Positions 30,747 to 40,552 of a stretch of 64,000 nucleotides of DNA are shown here, piece by piece. The stretch spans positions 21,334-85,333 of the forward strand of contig CAYQOV010000003.1 in assembly GCA_964419245.1 (NCBI GenBank). The letters are read 5' to 3'. Below the pieces are notes generated by a model. It was not told the DNA's origin. It did no database searches and worked only from the letters and a program-made list of their open reading frames with translations. The stretch is from an uncultured Bacteroides sp. (GTDB lineage Bacteria > Bacteroidota > Bacteroidia > Bacteroidales > Bacteroidaceae). The translations under genes were made by a program, and so were the position numbers. Positions within the stretch are counted from its first letter, which is position 1; each line of letters begins with the position of its first letter.

Positions 30747-32522
30747 TTATTTATACAAAGGTCCATATACATTGCATGCACGATAGTCAGCGCCTTCCTT
30801 ATCCATGCCGAAAGCATTCCATGCGGCAGGACGGAAGATCTTATCGTCTTCCACATTGTGCATGCAGACGGGAATACGCAACATAGAAGCCAGCGTAATC
30901 AAATCCTGACCAATGTGGCCGTAGCTGATGGCACCATGGTTGGCTCCCCAGTTGTTCATAACCGAATAAACATCCTTGAAGGCAGGTTTGTCACAGAGAC
31001 GAGGAACGAACCAAGTCGTAGGCCAAGTCGGGTCGGTACGCATGTTCAGCTTCTCATGGATTTCAGGATCGATGTCCACCGTCCATCCTTCTGCTATCTG
31101 AAGCACAGGGCCAAGGCCTTTGATCAGGTTCAGACGCATCATCGTGACAGGCATGCCGCCTTTGGACAGGAAGTTGGACGAGAAGCCACCGCCACGGAAG
31201 TAGTCACGGTCGGCAGGATACCAGGTCGTAGCCTTCAGGCAGTTGTCCACATCGGCCTGATTCATGTTCCAAGGCTCCTTCATCACAGGATTGCCTGCTT
31301 CGTCCACCGACTGGCCGGAACCGTCCAACGTCGTAGCACCAGAATTGATCAAATGGATGATACCGTTGGATGCCAACCCTGTGAGTTCCTTACCCGTCAC
31401 ACGCTTCACAGCCTCAGGACTCCAATACGTACGCACGTCGGAGAAGATCTGTGCACGATTGGTCAGCAGATGGCCGAAGAGCATGGCTACGCCGTTGCAG
31501 GCATCGTTCTCTGTAGCCACCACAAAAGCTTCGCGGATACCATTCCAATCGAAGGAAGTGTTGAGCAGTGCCTCTGGATAATCGCCGTTGGGATAGAAGT
31601 CGGTCCACTGGCGCTGGCCTTGGAAACCTGCGGCGATGGCGTTGTGTCCCAATGCCTCTTCCTTGAAGCCCATTTCTTTCAGTTTCGGATTGCCCGTCAT
31701 CAGGTCGCGCATGATGATCATCATCTTTACGATGAATTCCCAGTCAGCATCTTTCTGCTCACGCGTCTTGCGTTTCTCAGGACGGTTCTTGAAGTCTTCA
31801 CCTTCGTTCACCTTACAATATTTCTCTGTCCATGCCATCGCCTTGGCATACTCTTCCTTGTCATAAATGCCTTCCGTCATGCGGCGGATGATTTCGGTCA
31901 GGTCAACCGACTCGTTGCGCATGCCCAGATACTCCTGGAAGAAATCTGGATTGACGATAGAGCCTGCGATACCCATAGACACGCTACCCATAGAAAGGTA
32001 AGACTTGCCACGCATCGTAGCCACGGCTTGGGCTGCACGTGCAAAACGGAGTATCTTCTCGGCCACATCGGCAGGGATCGTGTTGTCATCCAAGTCCTGT
32101 ACATCATGGCCATAAATGCCAAAAGCTGGAAGACCCTTCTGAGCATGACCAGCCAACACGGCAGCCAGATAAACGGCACCCGGACGTTCTGTTCCGTTGA
32201 AGCCCCACACGGCTTTCGGATAATAAGGATTCATGTCCATCGTCTCGGCACCATAGCACCAGCAGGAAGTGACGGTAATGGTAGAGCCTACGCCTTCGCG
32301 TTCGAATTTTTCGGCACAAGCGGCACTTTCGGCCACACGACCGATGGTACCGTCGGCAATCACACACTCTACGGGGCTACCGTCGCCATTTTTCAGGTTA
32401 CTGCTGATCAACTCGGCCACAGCTTTTGCCAAGCTCATGGTCTTTTCTTCCAAACTCTCGCGAACACCGCCCTGACGACCGTCGATGGTCGGGCGGATAC
32501 CAATTTTAGGATACTTTTTCAT
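30747..32522 (-). CDS. fucI: L-fucose isomerase
   Basis: [34 protein letters not shown] and NNWGANH motifs; 591 aa. Confidence 0.98.
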   Translation of the reverse strand: MKKYPKIGIRPTIDGRQGGVRESLEEKTMSLAKAVAELISSNLKNGDGSPVECVIADGTIGRVAESAACAEKFEREGVGSTITVTSCWCYGAETMDMNPYYPKAVWGFNGTERPGAVYLAAVLAGHAQKGLPAFGIYGHDVQDLDDNTIPADVAEKILRFARAAQAVATMRGKSYLSMGSVSMGIAGSIVNPDFFQEYLGMRNESVDLTEIIRRMTEGIYDKEEYAKAMAWTEKYCKVNEGEDFKNRPEKRKTREQKDADWEFIVKMMIIMRDLMTGNPKLKEMGFKEEALGHNAIAAGFQGQRQWTDFYPNGDYPEALLNTSFDWNGIREAFVVATENDACNGVAMLFGHLLTNRAQIFSDVRTYWSPEAVKRVTGKELTGLASNGIIHLINSGATTLDGSGQSVDEAGNPVMKEPWNMNQADVDNCLKATTWYPADRDYFRGGGFSSNFLSKGGMPVTMMRLNLIKGLGPVLQIAEGWTVDIDPEIHEKLNMRTDPTWPTTWFVPRLCDKPAFKDVYSVMNNWGANHGAISYGHIGQDLITLASMLRIPVCMHNVEDDKIFRPAAWNAFGMDKEGADYRACNVYGPLYK

Positions 32523-32579
32523 AAACTGTTCTATTTAATTCTTACAATATCATCTATATTTATTCATCCATTTTCCTAC

Positions 32580-32596
32580 ACTGAACTGTACTGAAA
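32580..32596. promoter_or_regulatory. Candidate FucR operator upstream of fucI
   Basis: ACTGAACTGTACTGAAA matches ACTGAACTATGCTGATA upstream of fucR at 14/17 positions. Confidence 0.55.
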
Positions 32597-32609
32597 ACAC
32601 TTCAAAAGA

Positions 32610-33593
32610 TCAAAGTGAATTCCGAAGCCGGACTTCCGTAGGCAGATATTTCTGCACCACCGCATTGTCCAGCACAAAGCGAGCCACTTCATTTCCCATC
32701 TGCTGCCAGTCGATCGTCAAAGCCGTAATTCCCTCGTCGATCACTTCATAAGAAGGAATGTCATTATAAGCCAGCAGACCGAAATCCTTTCCACACTTCA
32801 ACCCGGCCAGCCTTCCTTGCTTCACCACTTTCACTACGTCCTGTTGCTTAATTGCCAAATAGGCCGTATCTTTCTCCACTTTCAAGTTTTCGATATCTTC
32901 CTCTACACTTCCGGAAAGGTTATAATCCTGACAGAAACGAAAGAAATAGTCCTTACTGCTTTGAGGATGCTTCAAAGAAGAAGGAAAAAGAAATACAAAC
33001 TTTCGATACGAAGAAAAGCGGTCGTCCAAACGTTGCAAGGCACCATAAAAAGATTCATCAAAGTCCTGACAAACATAAGAATACCGTTCTTTTTCAAACT
33101 TCCCAAAATCGAGCAGCAAGAGACGGGCAGGGCTGATTTTATTCAAAGAGGCACTGAATCTTTCATTATCAAAATTCATCACAACATATTTGTTGTACTT
33201 TCCGACAGACTCCCGAACTATTGTACTGAAAAGACGTTCATTATACTGATGGAAAAGCAAATCCACCTTATAATTGACTGGAAGGTGTTTTGCAAAACTA
33301 TTGTATAACGTTTCCTTGAAAGGAGTATATTGGTCAAGCAACAACAGCACATTGGTGACCTGACCTGTCACAAAATAACCCTTGCGAGGAGTCGAGTCGA
33401 TGATACCTCTTTCCCTCAAATCACTGAAAGCCTTGAAGACCGTATCACGCGACACTCCGTACCGCCGGCTCAGTTCGTTGATGGACGGCAAAGAATCCCC
33501 TTCAAGAAATTCCCGCATGGAAATTGCCTGGCTGATCAGGTCCGCCAACTGGGTAACCTTACTCGATTGCTGTCCGAACAATTTAGCGTCCAT
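32610..33593 (-). CDS. fucR: GntR-HTH / sugar-binding-domain repressor of the fucose operon
   Basis: LPSINELSRRYGVSRDTV GntR HTH plus a LacI-like C-terminal domain; first gene before fucI, as in B. thetaiotaomicron. Confidence 0.88.
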   Translation of the reverse strand: MDAKLFGQQSSKVTQLADLISQAISMREFLEGDSLPSINELSRRYGVSRDTVFKAFSDLRERGIIDSTPRKGYFVTGQVTNVLLLLDQYTPFKETLYNSFAKHLPVNYKVDLLFHQYNERLFSTIVRESVGKYNKYVVMNFDNERFSASLNKISPARLLLLDFGKFEKERYSYVCQDFDESFYGALQRLDDRFSSYRKFVFLFPSSLKHPQSSKDYFFRFCQDYNLSGSVEEDIENLKVEKDTAYLAIKQQDVVKVVKQGRLAGLKCGKDFGLLAYNDIPSYEVIDEGITALTIDWQQMGNEVARFVLDNAVVQKYLPTEVRLRNSL

Positions 33594-33622
33594 CGCACCT
33601 GTTTATTTGAATCTTTTTCTGT

Positions 33623-33639
33623 ACTGAACTATGCTGATA
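33623..33639. promoter_or_regulatory. Candidate FucR operator upstream of fucR
   Basis: ACTGAACTATGCTGATA, second copy of the motif at 32580. Confidence 0.55.
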
Positions 33640-33709
33640 CAAAGGAAACAAATATTTCGGAAAGGAACAACCTAAAGGCTATGTTATGCAACATAAGAGT
33701 TTTTGTTTT

Positions 33710-33866
33710 TACACCTCGGAAATACAAAAGATGAAAACTGTGTTTTCCTCTTTTGTACTTCACTCGGTTTGCACTATCTTTTCAGAACATAGGCTACACC
33801 TCGGAAATACAAAAGATGAAAACTGCGTTTTCCTCTTTTGTACTTCACTCGGTTTGCACTATCTTT
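33710..33866 (+). repeat. 72-bp direct repeat (period 85) with an internal hairpin, ending at the -7 promoter box
   Basis: TACACCTCGGAAATACAAAAG...CTTTTGTACTTCACTCGGTTTGCACTATCTTT at 33710-33781 and 33795-33866, one mismatch. Confidence 0.9.
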
Positions 33867-33893
33867 GCACCCTCAAACAATGACATTATATAT

Positions 33894-35532
33894 ATGATAA
33901 GCATAGACGGACTGGCCGTAGAGTTTGGCGGCACCACCCTGTTCAGTGACATATCTTTCGTAATCAACGAAAAAGACCGCATCGCCCTCATGGGCAAGAA
34001 CGGAGCGGGAAAGAGTACCCTGCTGAAGATTCTGGCCGGCGTACGCCAGCCCACCCGCGGCAAGGTGTCGGCTCCCAAGGACTGTGTCATCGCCTATCTG
34101 CCCCAGCACCTGATGACCGAAGACGGACGCACCGTGTTCGAAGAAACGGCACAGGCCTTTGCCCATCTGCACGAGATGGAGGCCGAGATTGACCGCCTGA
34201 ATAAAGAGCTGGAAACGCGCACCGACTACGAGAGCGACAGCTACATGGAGCTCATCGAACAGGTATCGGCCCTGAGCGAGAAATACTATGCTATCGACGC
34301 CACCAACTACGAGGAGGATGTAGAGAAGACCCTGCTGGGCCTTGGCTTCGAACGGACGGATTTCAACCGCCCCACGAGCGACTTCAGCGGCGGATGGCGC
34401 ATGCGCATCGAGCTGGCCAAGCTGCTCCTTCAGAAGCCCGACGTGCTGCTCCTCGACGAGCCCACCAACCACCTCGACATCGAGTCCATCCAATGGCTCG
34501 AAGACTTCCTCATCAGCAACGGCAAGGCGGTGGTAGTCATCAGCCACGACCGAAAGTTTGTGGACAACATCACCACCCGCACCATCGAGGTCACGATGGG
34601 CCGCATCTACGACTACAAGGTAAACTACTCCAAATACCTCGAGCTACGCAAGGAACGCCGCGAACAGCAGCAGAAGGCCTACGACGAGCAACAGAAATTC
34701 ATCGCCGAGACGAAGGAGTTCATCGAACGCTTCAAGGGCACCTACTCCAAGACCCTGCAGGTGCAGAGCCGCGTGAAGATGCTGGAAAAGCTGGAGCTGC
34801 TCGAAGTGGACGAGGAAGACACCTCGGCCCTGCGCCTCAAGTTCCCCCCATCGCCCCGCTCGGGCAACTACCCCGTCATCATGGATGGCGTGGGCAAGAC
34901 GTACGGCGACCACGTAGTATTCAAAAACGCGACGCTCACCATCGAGCGTGGCGACAAGGTGGCCTTCGTGGGCCGCAACGGCGAGGGAAAGTCCACACTG
35001 GTAAAATGTATCATGGGCGAAATTGAGCACGAAGGCACCCTGACGCTAGGCCACAACGTGCAGATAGGCTACTTCGCCCAGAACCAGGCCTCCCTGCTCG
35101 ACGAGAACCTGACCGTCTTCCAGACCATCGACGACGTGGCCAAAGGCGAGATACGCAACAAGATACGCGACCTGCTGGGTGCCTTTATGTTCGGCAGCCC
35201 CGAAGCCTCGATGAAGAAGGTCAAGGTGCTCTCCGGCGGCGAACGTACCCGTCTGGCCATGATTAGGCTGCTGCTCGAGCCGGTGAACCTGCTCATCCTG
35301 GACGAGCCCACCAACCACCTCGACCTGAAGACCAAGGACATCCTGAAGCAGGCACTGATGGACTTCGACGGCACACTGATTGTCGTGAGCCACGACCGCG
35401 ACTTCCTCGACGGCCTGGTGAGCAAAGTCTATGAGTTCGGCCACCAGCGAGTCCGTGAGCACCTCTGTGGCGTTTACGAATTCCTGGAGAAGAAAAAAAA
35501 TGGAGTCGCTCAGCGAGCTGGAAAAGAAATAA
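33894..35532 (+). CDS. ABC-F family ribosome-associated ATPase, with an apparent +1 frameshift in an A8 run about 10 codons before the stop
   Basis: Two ABC cassettes (GKNGAGKST/FSGGW/LDEPTNHLD and GRNGEGKST/LSGGE), no TM domain. Removing one A at 35493-35500 gives ...EKKKMESLSELEKK* ending at 35532. Confidence 0.9.
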
Positions 35533-35565
35533 TCCTTATCTTTGCGCAACTCCACACTGAACGCT

Positions 35566-35985
35566 ATGATGATACGGAAGCCCTACATTACCGCACTGCT
35601 GCTCCTGCTCAGCATCCTGATGCTGGCAGTGCCCGTCGTGCCCCATCATCATCATGGCAGCGAGGCCATCTGCCTGAAGAACGACCTGCATACGGGTTGC
35701 GGCGAAACGAATCATCACCACCATCCGGCAGGCCATCCCAACTGCTGCCACGACAAGGGCTGCCTCACCCACCAGTTCGTCCAGCGCACGCCGCGGGTGG
35801 AGCGCCAGGCTCCCCAGCCGCGCCCTGTCCTGCAACCGGCCGACCTCAGTCTGCTTGTCAGCTTGTTGTCACCCTACACCGATTCTTATTCAACCGCTTT
35901 ATATTCTCCCTATATCGAATCGCTGCACGGTGTCTACATCGCCCGTGCCTCGGGATTAAGGGCTCCTCCCAGCCTTCTTGCATAA
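35566..35985 (+). CDS. His/Cys-rich exported leader protein with C-terminal RAPP motif (DUF6769-like, from memory)
   Basis: Hydrophobic N-terminus, PHHHH, HHHH, CC..C, and terminal GLRAPPSLLA. The -7 box TATCTTTG at 35537-35544 supports ATG 35566. Confidence 0.85.
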   Translation: MMIRKPYITALLLLLSILMLAVPVVPHHHHGSEAICLKNDLHTGCGETNHHHHPAGHPNCCHDKGCLTHQFVQRTPRVERQAPQPRPVLQPADLSLLVSLLSPYTDSYSTALYSPYIESLHGVYIARASGLRAPPSLLA

Positions 35986-36096
35986 ACGCTGCCGTGTGCA
36001 TCTGCACATCGCAACCCGGTTGCGGCCTCCGTGCATTACCTTTGCAACCGGAAACTACATCTGTTTATTTTGCAAGAACTTAATCCACATCTATCA

Positions 36097-37338
36097 ATGA
36101 AGAAACTGATATTTCTGGGAGTCCTCGTCGCATGGTCATTGGGCTCCTGCAACAGCCAGTCCGACCACGGACACGAAGGGCACGACCATGCTACCGAAGC
36201 CCACAACCACGAACATGACCATGACCACGAACAGCATGCCCACGAGGAAGCAGGTCACAGCCACGACCACGAAGCAGACGCACATGCTGAAGAAAAGGGA
36301 CACGCCGAAGCCGCCTCAGACGAAATCGTCATGCCGCCCGCCAAGGCACAAGCCGCAGGCGTAGAGACAGGTACCGTAGAACCGGGCAACTTCACCCAGG
36401 TCATCAAGACCAGCGGGCAGGTACTGGCCGCACAGGGCAACGAACGGGTAGCCGTAGCCACCGTGGCAGGCGTCGTGTCGTTCAAGGGGAAAGTGACCGA
36501 AGGCATGAGCGTACGCGAAGGCATGCCGCTCGTCCTGCTTTCGTCGGGCAACATCGCCGAGGGCGACCCCGTGCAGAAAGCCCGTGTAGCCTACGAGGTG
36601 TCGAAGAAGGAATACGAACGCATGCAGGCACTCGTGGAGAGCCGCATCGTCTCGGAGAAGGACTTCGCGCAGGCCAAGCAAGCGTACGAGAACGCCCGCA
36701 TCAGCTACGAGGCCGTAGCCAAGAACCACACCGACCGCGGACAGGCCGTCACCGCCCCCATAGGCGGCTACGTGAAGAGCCTGCTGGTGAAGGAAGGCGA
36801 CTACGTCACCGTGGGCCAGCCGCTGGTGAGCATCACACAGAACCGCCGCCTCTTCCTCCGTGCCGACGTGTCGGAGAAGTACTATGCCTCGCTGCCCGCC
36901 ATCACCTCGGCCAACTTCTGCACGCCCTATAACAGCAAAGTGTATGCCCTGCAGGACCTGAACGGCCGTCTGCTGTCCTACGGCAAGGCCGCGGGCGAAG
37001 GCAGCTACTACATCCCCGTGACCTTTGAGTTCGACAACCGCGGCGACGTGGTGCCCGGCTCCTTTGTCGAGATTTATCTGCTGGCCCGCCCGATGGAGGG
37101 TGTCATCAGCGTGCCCCGCTCGGCCCTGACCGAAGAACAGGGCAGCTTCTACGTCTACCTGCAGCTGGACGAGGAGTGCTACCGCAAGCAGCTCGTCACC
37201 CTGGGTGCCGACAATGGCCAGCGCGTGCAGGTACTCAGCGGGCTGAAGGCAGGCGACCGCCTCGTGACCCGCGGCGCCTATCAGGTGAAACTGGCCGGAG
37301 CGGCGAACACACTTCCGGCGCATAGTCATGAACACTAA
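36097..37338 (+). CDS. RND periplasmic adaptor (CzcB/CusB-like) with His-rich N-terminus
   Basis: Lipobox LGSC, long H/E/D tract, APIGGYV...VKEGDYV lipoyl motif, terminal AHSHEH. Confidence 0.93.
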   Translation: MKKLIFLGVLVAWSLGSCNSQSDHGHEGHDHATEAHNHEHDHDHEQHAHEEAGHSHDHEADAHAEEKGHAEAASDEIVMPPAKAQAAGVETGTVEPGNFTQVIKTSGQVLAAQGNERVAVATVAGVVSFKGKVTEGMSVREGMPLVLLSSGNIAEGDPVQKARVAYEVSKKEYERMQALVESRIVSEKDFAQAKQAYENARISYEAVAKNHTDRGQAVTAPIGGYVKSLLVKEGDYVTVGQPLVSITQNRRLFLRADVSEKYYASLPAITSANFCTPYNSKVYALQDLNGRLLSYGKAAGEGSYYIPVTFEFDNRGDVVPGSFVEIYLLARPMEGVISVPRSALTEEQGSFYVYLQLDEECYRKQLVTLGADNGQRVQVLSGLKAGDRLVTRGAYQVKLAGAANTLPAHSHEH

Positions 37339-37340
37339 AA

Positions 37341-37433
37341 TTAAACGAAGAATGAAGAATGGAAGCCACGCTTCCTAATGAAGAATTTCCCATACACAAG
37401 AGTTCTTCGTTCTTCATTCTTAATTCTTCATTT
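37341..37433. repeat. Inverted arrays of 7-mer repeats (GAAGAAT / ATTCTTC) forming a hairpin
   Basis: AACGAAGAATGAAGAAT...AATGAAGAAT versus TTCTTCGTTCTTCATTCTTAATTCTTCATT. Confidence 0.75.
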
Positions 37434-37441
37434 AACAAGTT

Positions 37442-40400
37442 ATGCTCAACAAAATCATACACTTCTCCCTACAGAACCGCATCCTGGTGCTCGTCGCCTC
37501 GGTGCTGTTGCTCGTGGGCGGTACCTACACCGCCATGCACACGGAAGTGGACGTGTTTCCCGACCTCACCGCGCCGACCGTGGTCGTCATGACCGAAGCC
37601 AACGGCATGGCAGCCGAGGAGGTGGAACAGCTCGTCACCTTCCCCATCGAAACCGCCGTCAACGGCGCCACACACGTGCGCCGCGTACGCTCTTCGTCCA
37701 CCCACAGCTTCTCCGTGGTCTGGGTGGAATTCGACTGGGACACGGACATCTACCTGGCCCGACAGATTGTCAGCGAAAAGCTCTCGCTCGTGGCCGAAGA
37801 ACTGCCTGAAAGCGTGGGCAAGCCGACGCTGGGACCGCAGTCGTCCATCCTGGGCGAGATGATGATCGTGGGCCTCACGGCCGACTCCACCTCCATGCTC
37901 GACCTGCGCACGCTGGCCGACTGGACCATCCGTCCGCGCCTGCTCTCCACCGGAGGCGTGGCGCAGGTGGCCGTGCTGGGAGGCGACATCAAGGAATACC
38001 AGATACAGCTCGACCCCGAGCGGATGCGCCACTACGGCGTCACGCTGGGCCAGGTGCTCAGTGCCACGCGCGGCATGAACCTCAACGCCAACGGAGGCGT
38101 CATCTACGAATACGGCAACGAGTACATCGTGCGCGGACTGACGGCTACGACCAATACCGAACTGCTGGGCAAGACCGTAGTCAAGTCGGCTACGGACAGC
38201 AACGGCTCGCCCTCCGCTCCCATCTTACTGGAAGACGTGGCCGACGTACGCATCGGCGCACAGACACCCAAACTGGGACTGGCCTCGGAACGGGGCAAAC
38301 CCGCCGTGCTGCTCACCGTGACGAAGCAGCCTGCCACCAGCACGCTGGAGCTGACCGGCAAGCTGGAAGCCGCCCTCCAGGACCTGCAGAAGAACCTGCC
38401 CCCCGACGTGAAGGTATCGACCGACATCTTCCGCCAGAGTCGCTTCATCGAAAGCTCCATCGGCAACGTGCGCAAGTCGCTCGTCGAAGGCGGCATCTTC
38501 GTGGTCATCGTGCTGTTCCTCTTCCTGGCCAACGTGCGGACCACCATCATCTCGCTCGTCACCCTGCCCCTGTCTCTCGTCGTGTCCGTGCTGGTGCTCC
38601 ACTACATGGGGCTCACCATCAACACCATGAGTCTGGGCGGTATGGCCATCGCCATCGGTTCGCTGGTCGATGACGCCATCGTCGACGTGGAGAACGTCTG
38701 GCGCCGCCTGCACGAAAACCGCCTCCTGCCGCCCGACCGCCGTCTGCCCGTGCTGCAGGTAGTGTTCAACGCCTCGCGCGAGGTGCGCATGCCCATCCTC
38801 AACTCCACGCTCATCATCGTCGTCAGCTTCGTGCCCCTGTTCTTCCTGAGCGGCATGGAAGGGCGCATGCTCGTCCCGCTGGGCATCGCCTTCATCACTG
38901 CCCTGGCCGCCTCTACGGTAGTGGCGCTCACACTGACACCTGTGCTCTGCTCATACCTGCTGCGCAGCAAAGAAAATAGCAATGAGGCCGATTCGGGCGA
39001 CTCCGCCGTGGCCCGCACGCTGAAGAAGGCCTACGGCACCGTGCTCGAAAAAGCTTTACAACACAAGCGTGCCGTGCTGGGCTGCACCGTCCTGCTCTTC
39101 GCCGTCGCCCTGGGCCTGTTCTTCACCCTGGGCCGCTCGTTCCTGCCGCCCTTCAACGAAGGGTCGTTCACCATCAACCTCTCCTCGCTGCCGGGCATCT
39201 CGCTCGAGGAGAGCGACGCCATCGGCCGACGGGCCGAGGAACTGCTGCTCACCGTGCCCGAAATCCGGACCGTGGCCCGCAAGACCGGCCGCGCCGAGCT
39301 GGACGAACATTCGCGCGGCGTCAACGGGTCGGAAATCGAGGCCCCCTTCGAGCTGACAGACCGTTCGCGCAGCGAGGTGGTGGCCGAGGTGCGCGAGAAG
39401 CTCGCCACCCTGTCCGGCGTCAACGTCGAGATAGGCCAGCCCATCAGCCACCGCATCGACGCCATGCTCTCGGGCACGAAGGCCAACATCGCCATCAAGC
39501 TCTTCGGCGACGACCTGAACCGCATGTTCAGCCTCGCCAGCCAGATAAGGGACCAGATACAGGACGTCGAGGGCGTGGCCGACCTCACCGTGGAGCAGCA
39601 GATCGAGCGCCCGCAGCTGACGCTGACGCCCCGCCGCGAGATGCTGGCCCGCTACGGCATCACCCTGCCCCAGTTTGCCGAGTACGTCAACGCCTGCCTG
39701 GCGGGCGAGGCCGTGTCGCAGGTCTACGAGCAGGGCAAGTCGTTCAACCTCACCGTCCGCCTGCGCGACGACCTGCGCGACCAGGCCTCGAAGATAGGCG
39801 ACCTGATGATTGATACGGGCGACGGCCGTCAGGTGCCGCTCAGCTATGTGGCCGACATCCGCTCGTCCATGGGCCCCAACAGCATCAGCCGCGAGAACGT
39901 GAAGCGCAAGATAGTCATCTCCGCCAACGTGGCCGACCGCGACCTGCGCTCCGTGGTGACCGACATCCAGGCCCGCATCGACGCCGACATCAAGCTGCCC
40001 GAAGGCTACCACGTGGAATACGGCGGCCAGTTCGAGAGTGAGCAGGCGGCCAGCCGCACGCTGCTGCTGACGTCGCTGATGTCCATCGTCGTCATCTTCC
40101 TGCTGCTCTACCACGAGTTCCGCAGCGTCAGGGAGAGCGCCGTCATCCTCATCAACCTGCCGCTGGCCCTCATCGGAGGCGTGTTCGCCCTGCTGCTGAC
40201 CACCGGCGAGGTGAGCATCCCCGCCATCATCGGCTTCATCTCGCTGTTCGGCATCGCCACGCGCAACGGCATGCTGCTCATCAGCCACTACAACCACCTG
40301 CAGCGCGTGGAAGGCTACACGCTGCACGACAGCATCATCCGCGGCTCGCTCGACCGTCTGAACCCCATCCTGATGACGGCCCTCAGCAGTGCACTGGCCC

Positions 40401-40552
40401 TCATCCCGCTGGCCCTCGGCGGCGACCTGCCCGGCAACGAGATACAGAGCCCCATGGCGAAGGTCATCCTCGGCGGTCTGCTGACGTCGACCTTCCTCAA
40501 CGGGTTCATCATCCCCATCGTTTATCTGCTCATACACACCAAGAAGAAATGA
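37442..40552 (+). CDS. CusA/CzcA-family heavy-metal efflux RND permease
   Basis: VDVFPDL, NTMSLGGMAIAIGSLVDDAIVDVEN and RLNPILMTAL motifs; 1036 aa. Confidence 0.96.
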   Translation: MLNKIIHFSLQNRILVLVASVLLLVGGTYTAMHTEVDVFPDLTAPTVVVMTEANGMAAEEVEQLVTFPIETAVNGATHVRRVRSSSTHSFSVVWVEFDWDTDIYLARQIVSEKLSLVAEELPESVGKPTLGPQSSILGEMMIVGLTADSTSMLDLRTLADWTIRPRLLSTGGVAQVAVLGGDIKEYQIQLDPERMRHYGVTLGQVLSATRGMNLNANGGVIYEYGNEYIVRGLTATTNTELLGKTVVKSATDSNGSPSAPILLEDVADVRIGAQTPKLGLASERGKPAVLLTVTKQPATSTLELTGKLEAALQDLQKNLPPDVKVSTDIFRQSRFIESSIGNVRKSLVEGGIFVVIVLFLFLANVRTTIISLVTLPLSLVVSVLVLHYMGLTINTMSLGGMAIAIGSLVDDAIVDVENVWRRLHENRLLPPDRRLPVLQVVFNASREVRMPILNSTLIIVVSFVPLFFLSGMEGRMLVPLGIAFITALAASTVVALTLTPVLCSYLLRSKENSNEADSGDSAVARTLKKAYGTVLEKALQHKRAVLGCTVLLFAVALGLFFTLGRSFLPPFNEGSFTINLSSLPGISLEESDAIGRRAEELLLTVPEIRTVARKTGRAELDEHSRGVNGSEIEAPFELTDRSRSEVVAEVREKLATLSGVNVEIGQPISHRIDAMLSGTKANIAIKLFGDDLNRMFSLASQIRDQIQDVEGVADLTVEQQIERPQLTLTPRREMLARYGITLPQFAEYVNACLAGEAVSQVYEQGKSFNLTVRLRDDLRDQASKIGDLMIDTGDGRQVPLSYVADIRSSMGPNSISRENVKRKIVISANVADRDLRSVVTDIQARIDADIKLPEGYHVEYGGQFESEQAASRTLLLTSLMSIVVIFLLLYHEFRSVRESAVILINLPLALIGGVFALLLTTGEVSIPAIIGFISLFGIATRNGMLLISHYNHLQRVEGYTLHDSIIRGSLDRLNPILMTALSSALALIPLALGGDLPGNEIQSPMAKVILGGLLTSTFLNGFIIPIVYLLIHTKKK

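Noticed and set aside
30657-32594. 645-aa plus-strand ORF
   Set aside because: Antisense shadow of fucI; no recognisable motifs.
33753-36083. 776-aa ABC-F fusion protein in the ORF track
   Set aside because: The N-terminal extension translates the promoter repeat and the C-terminal extension comes from one extra A. It overlaps a better ORF that has its own promoter.
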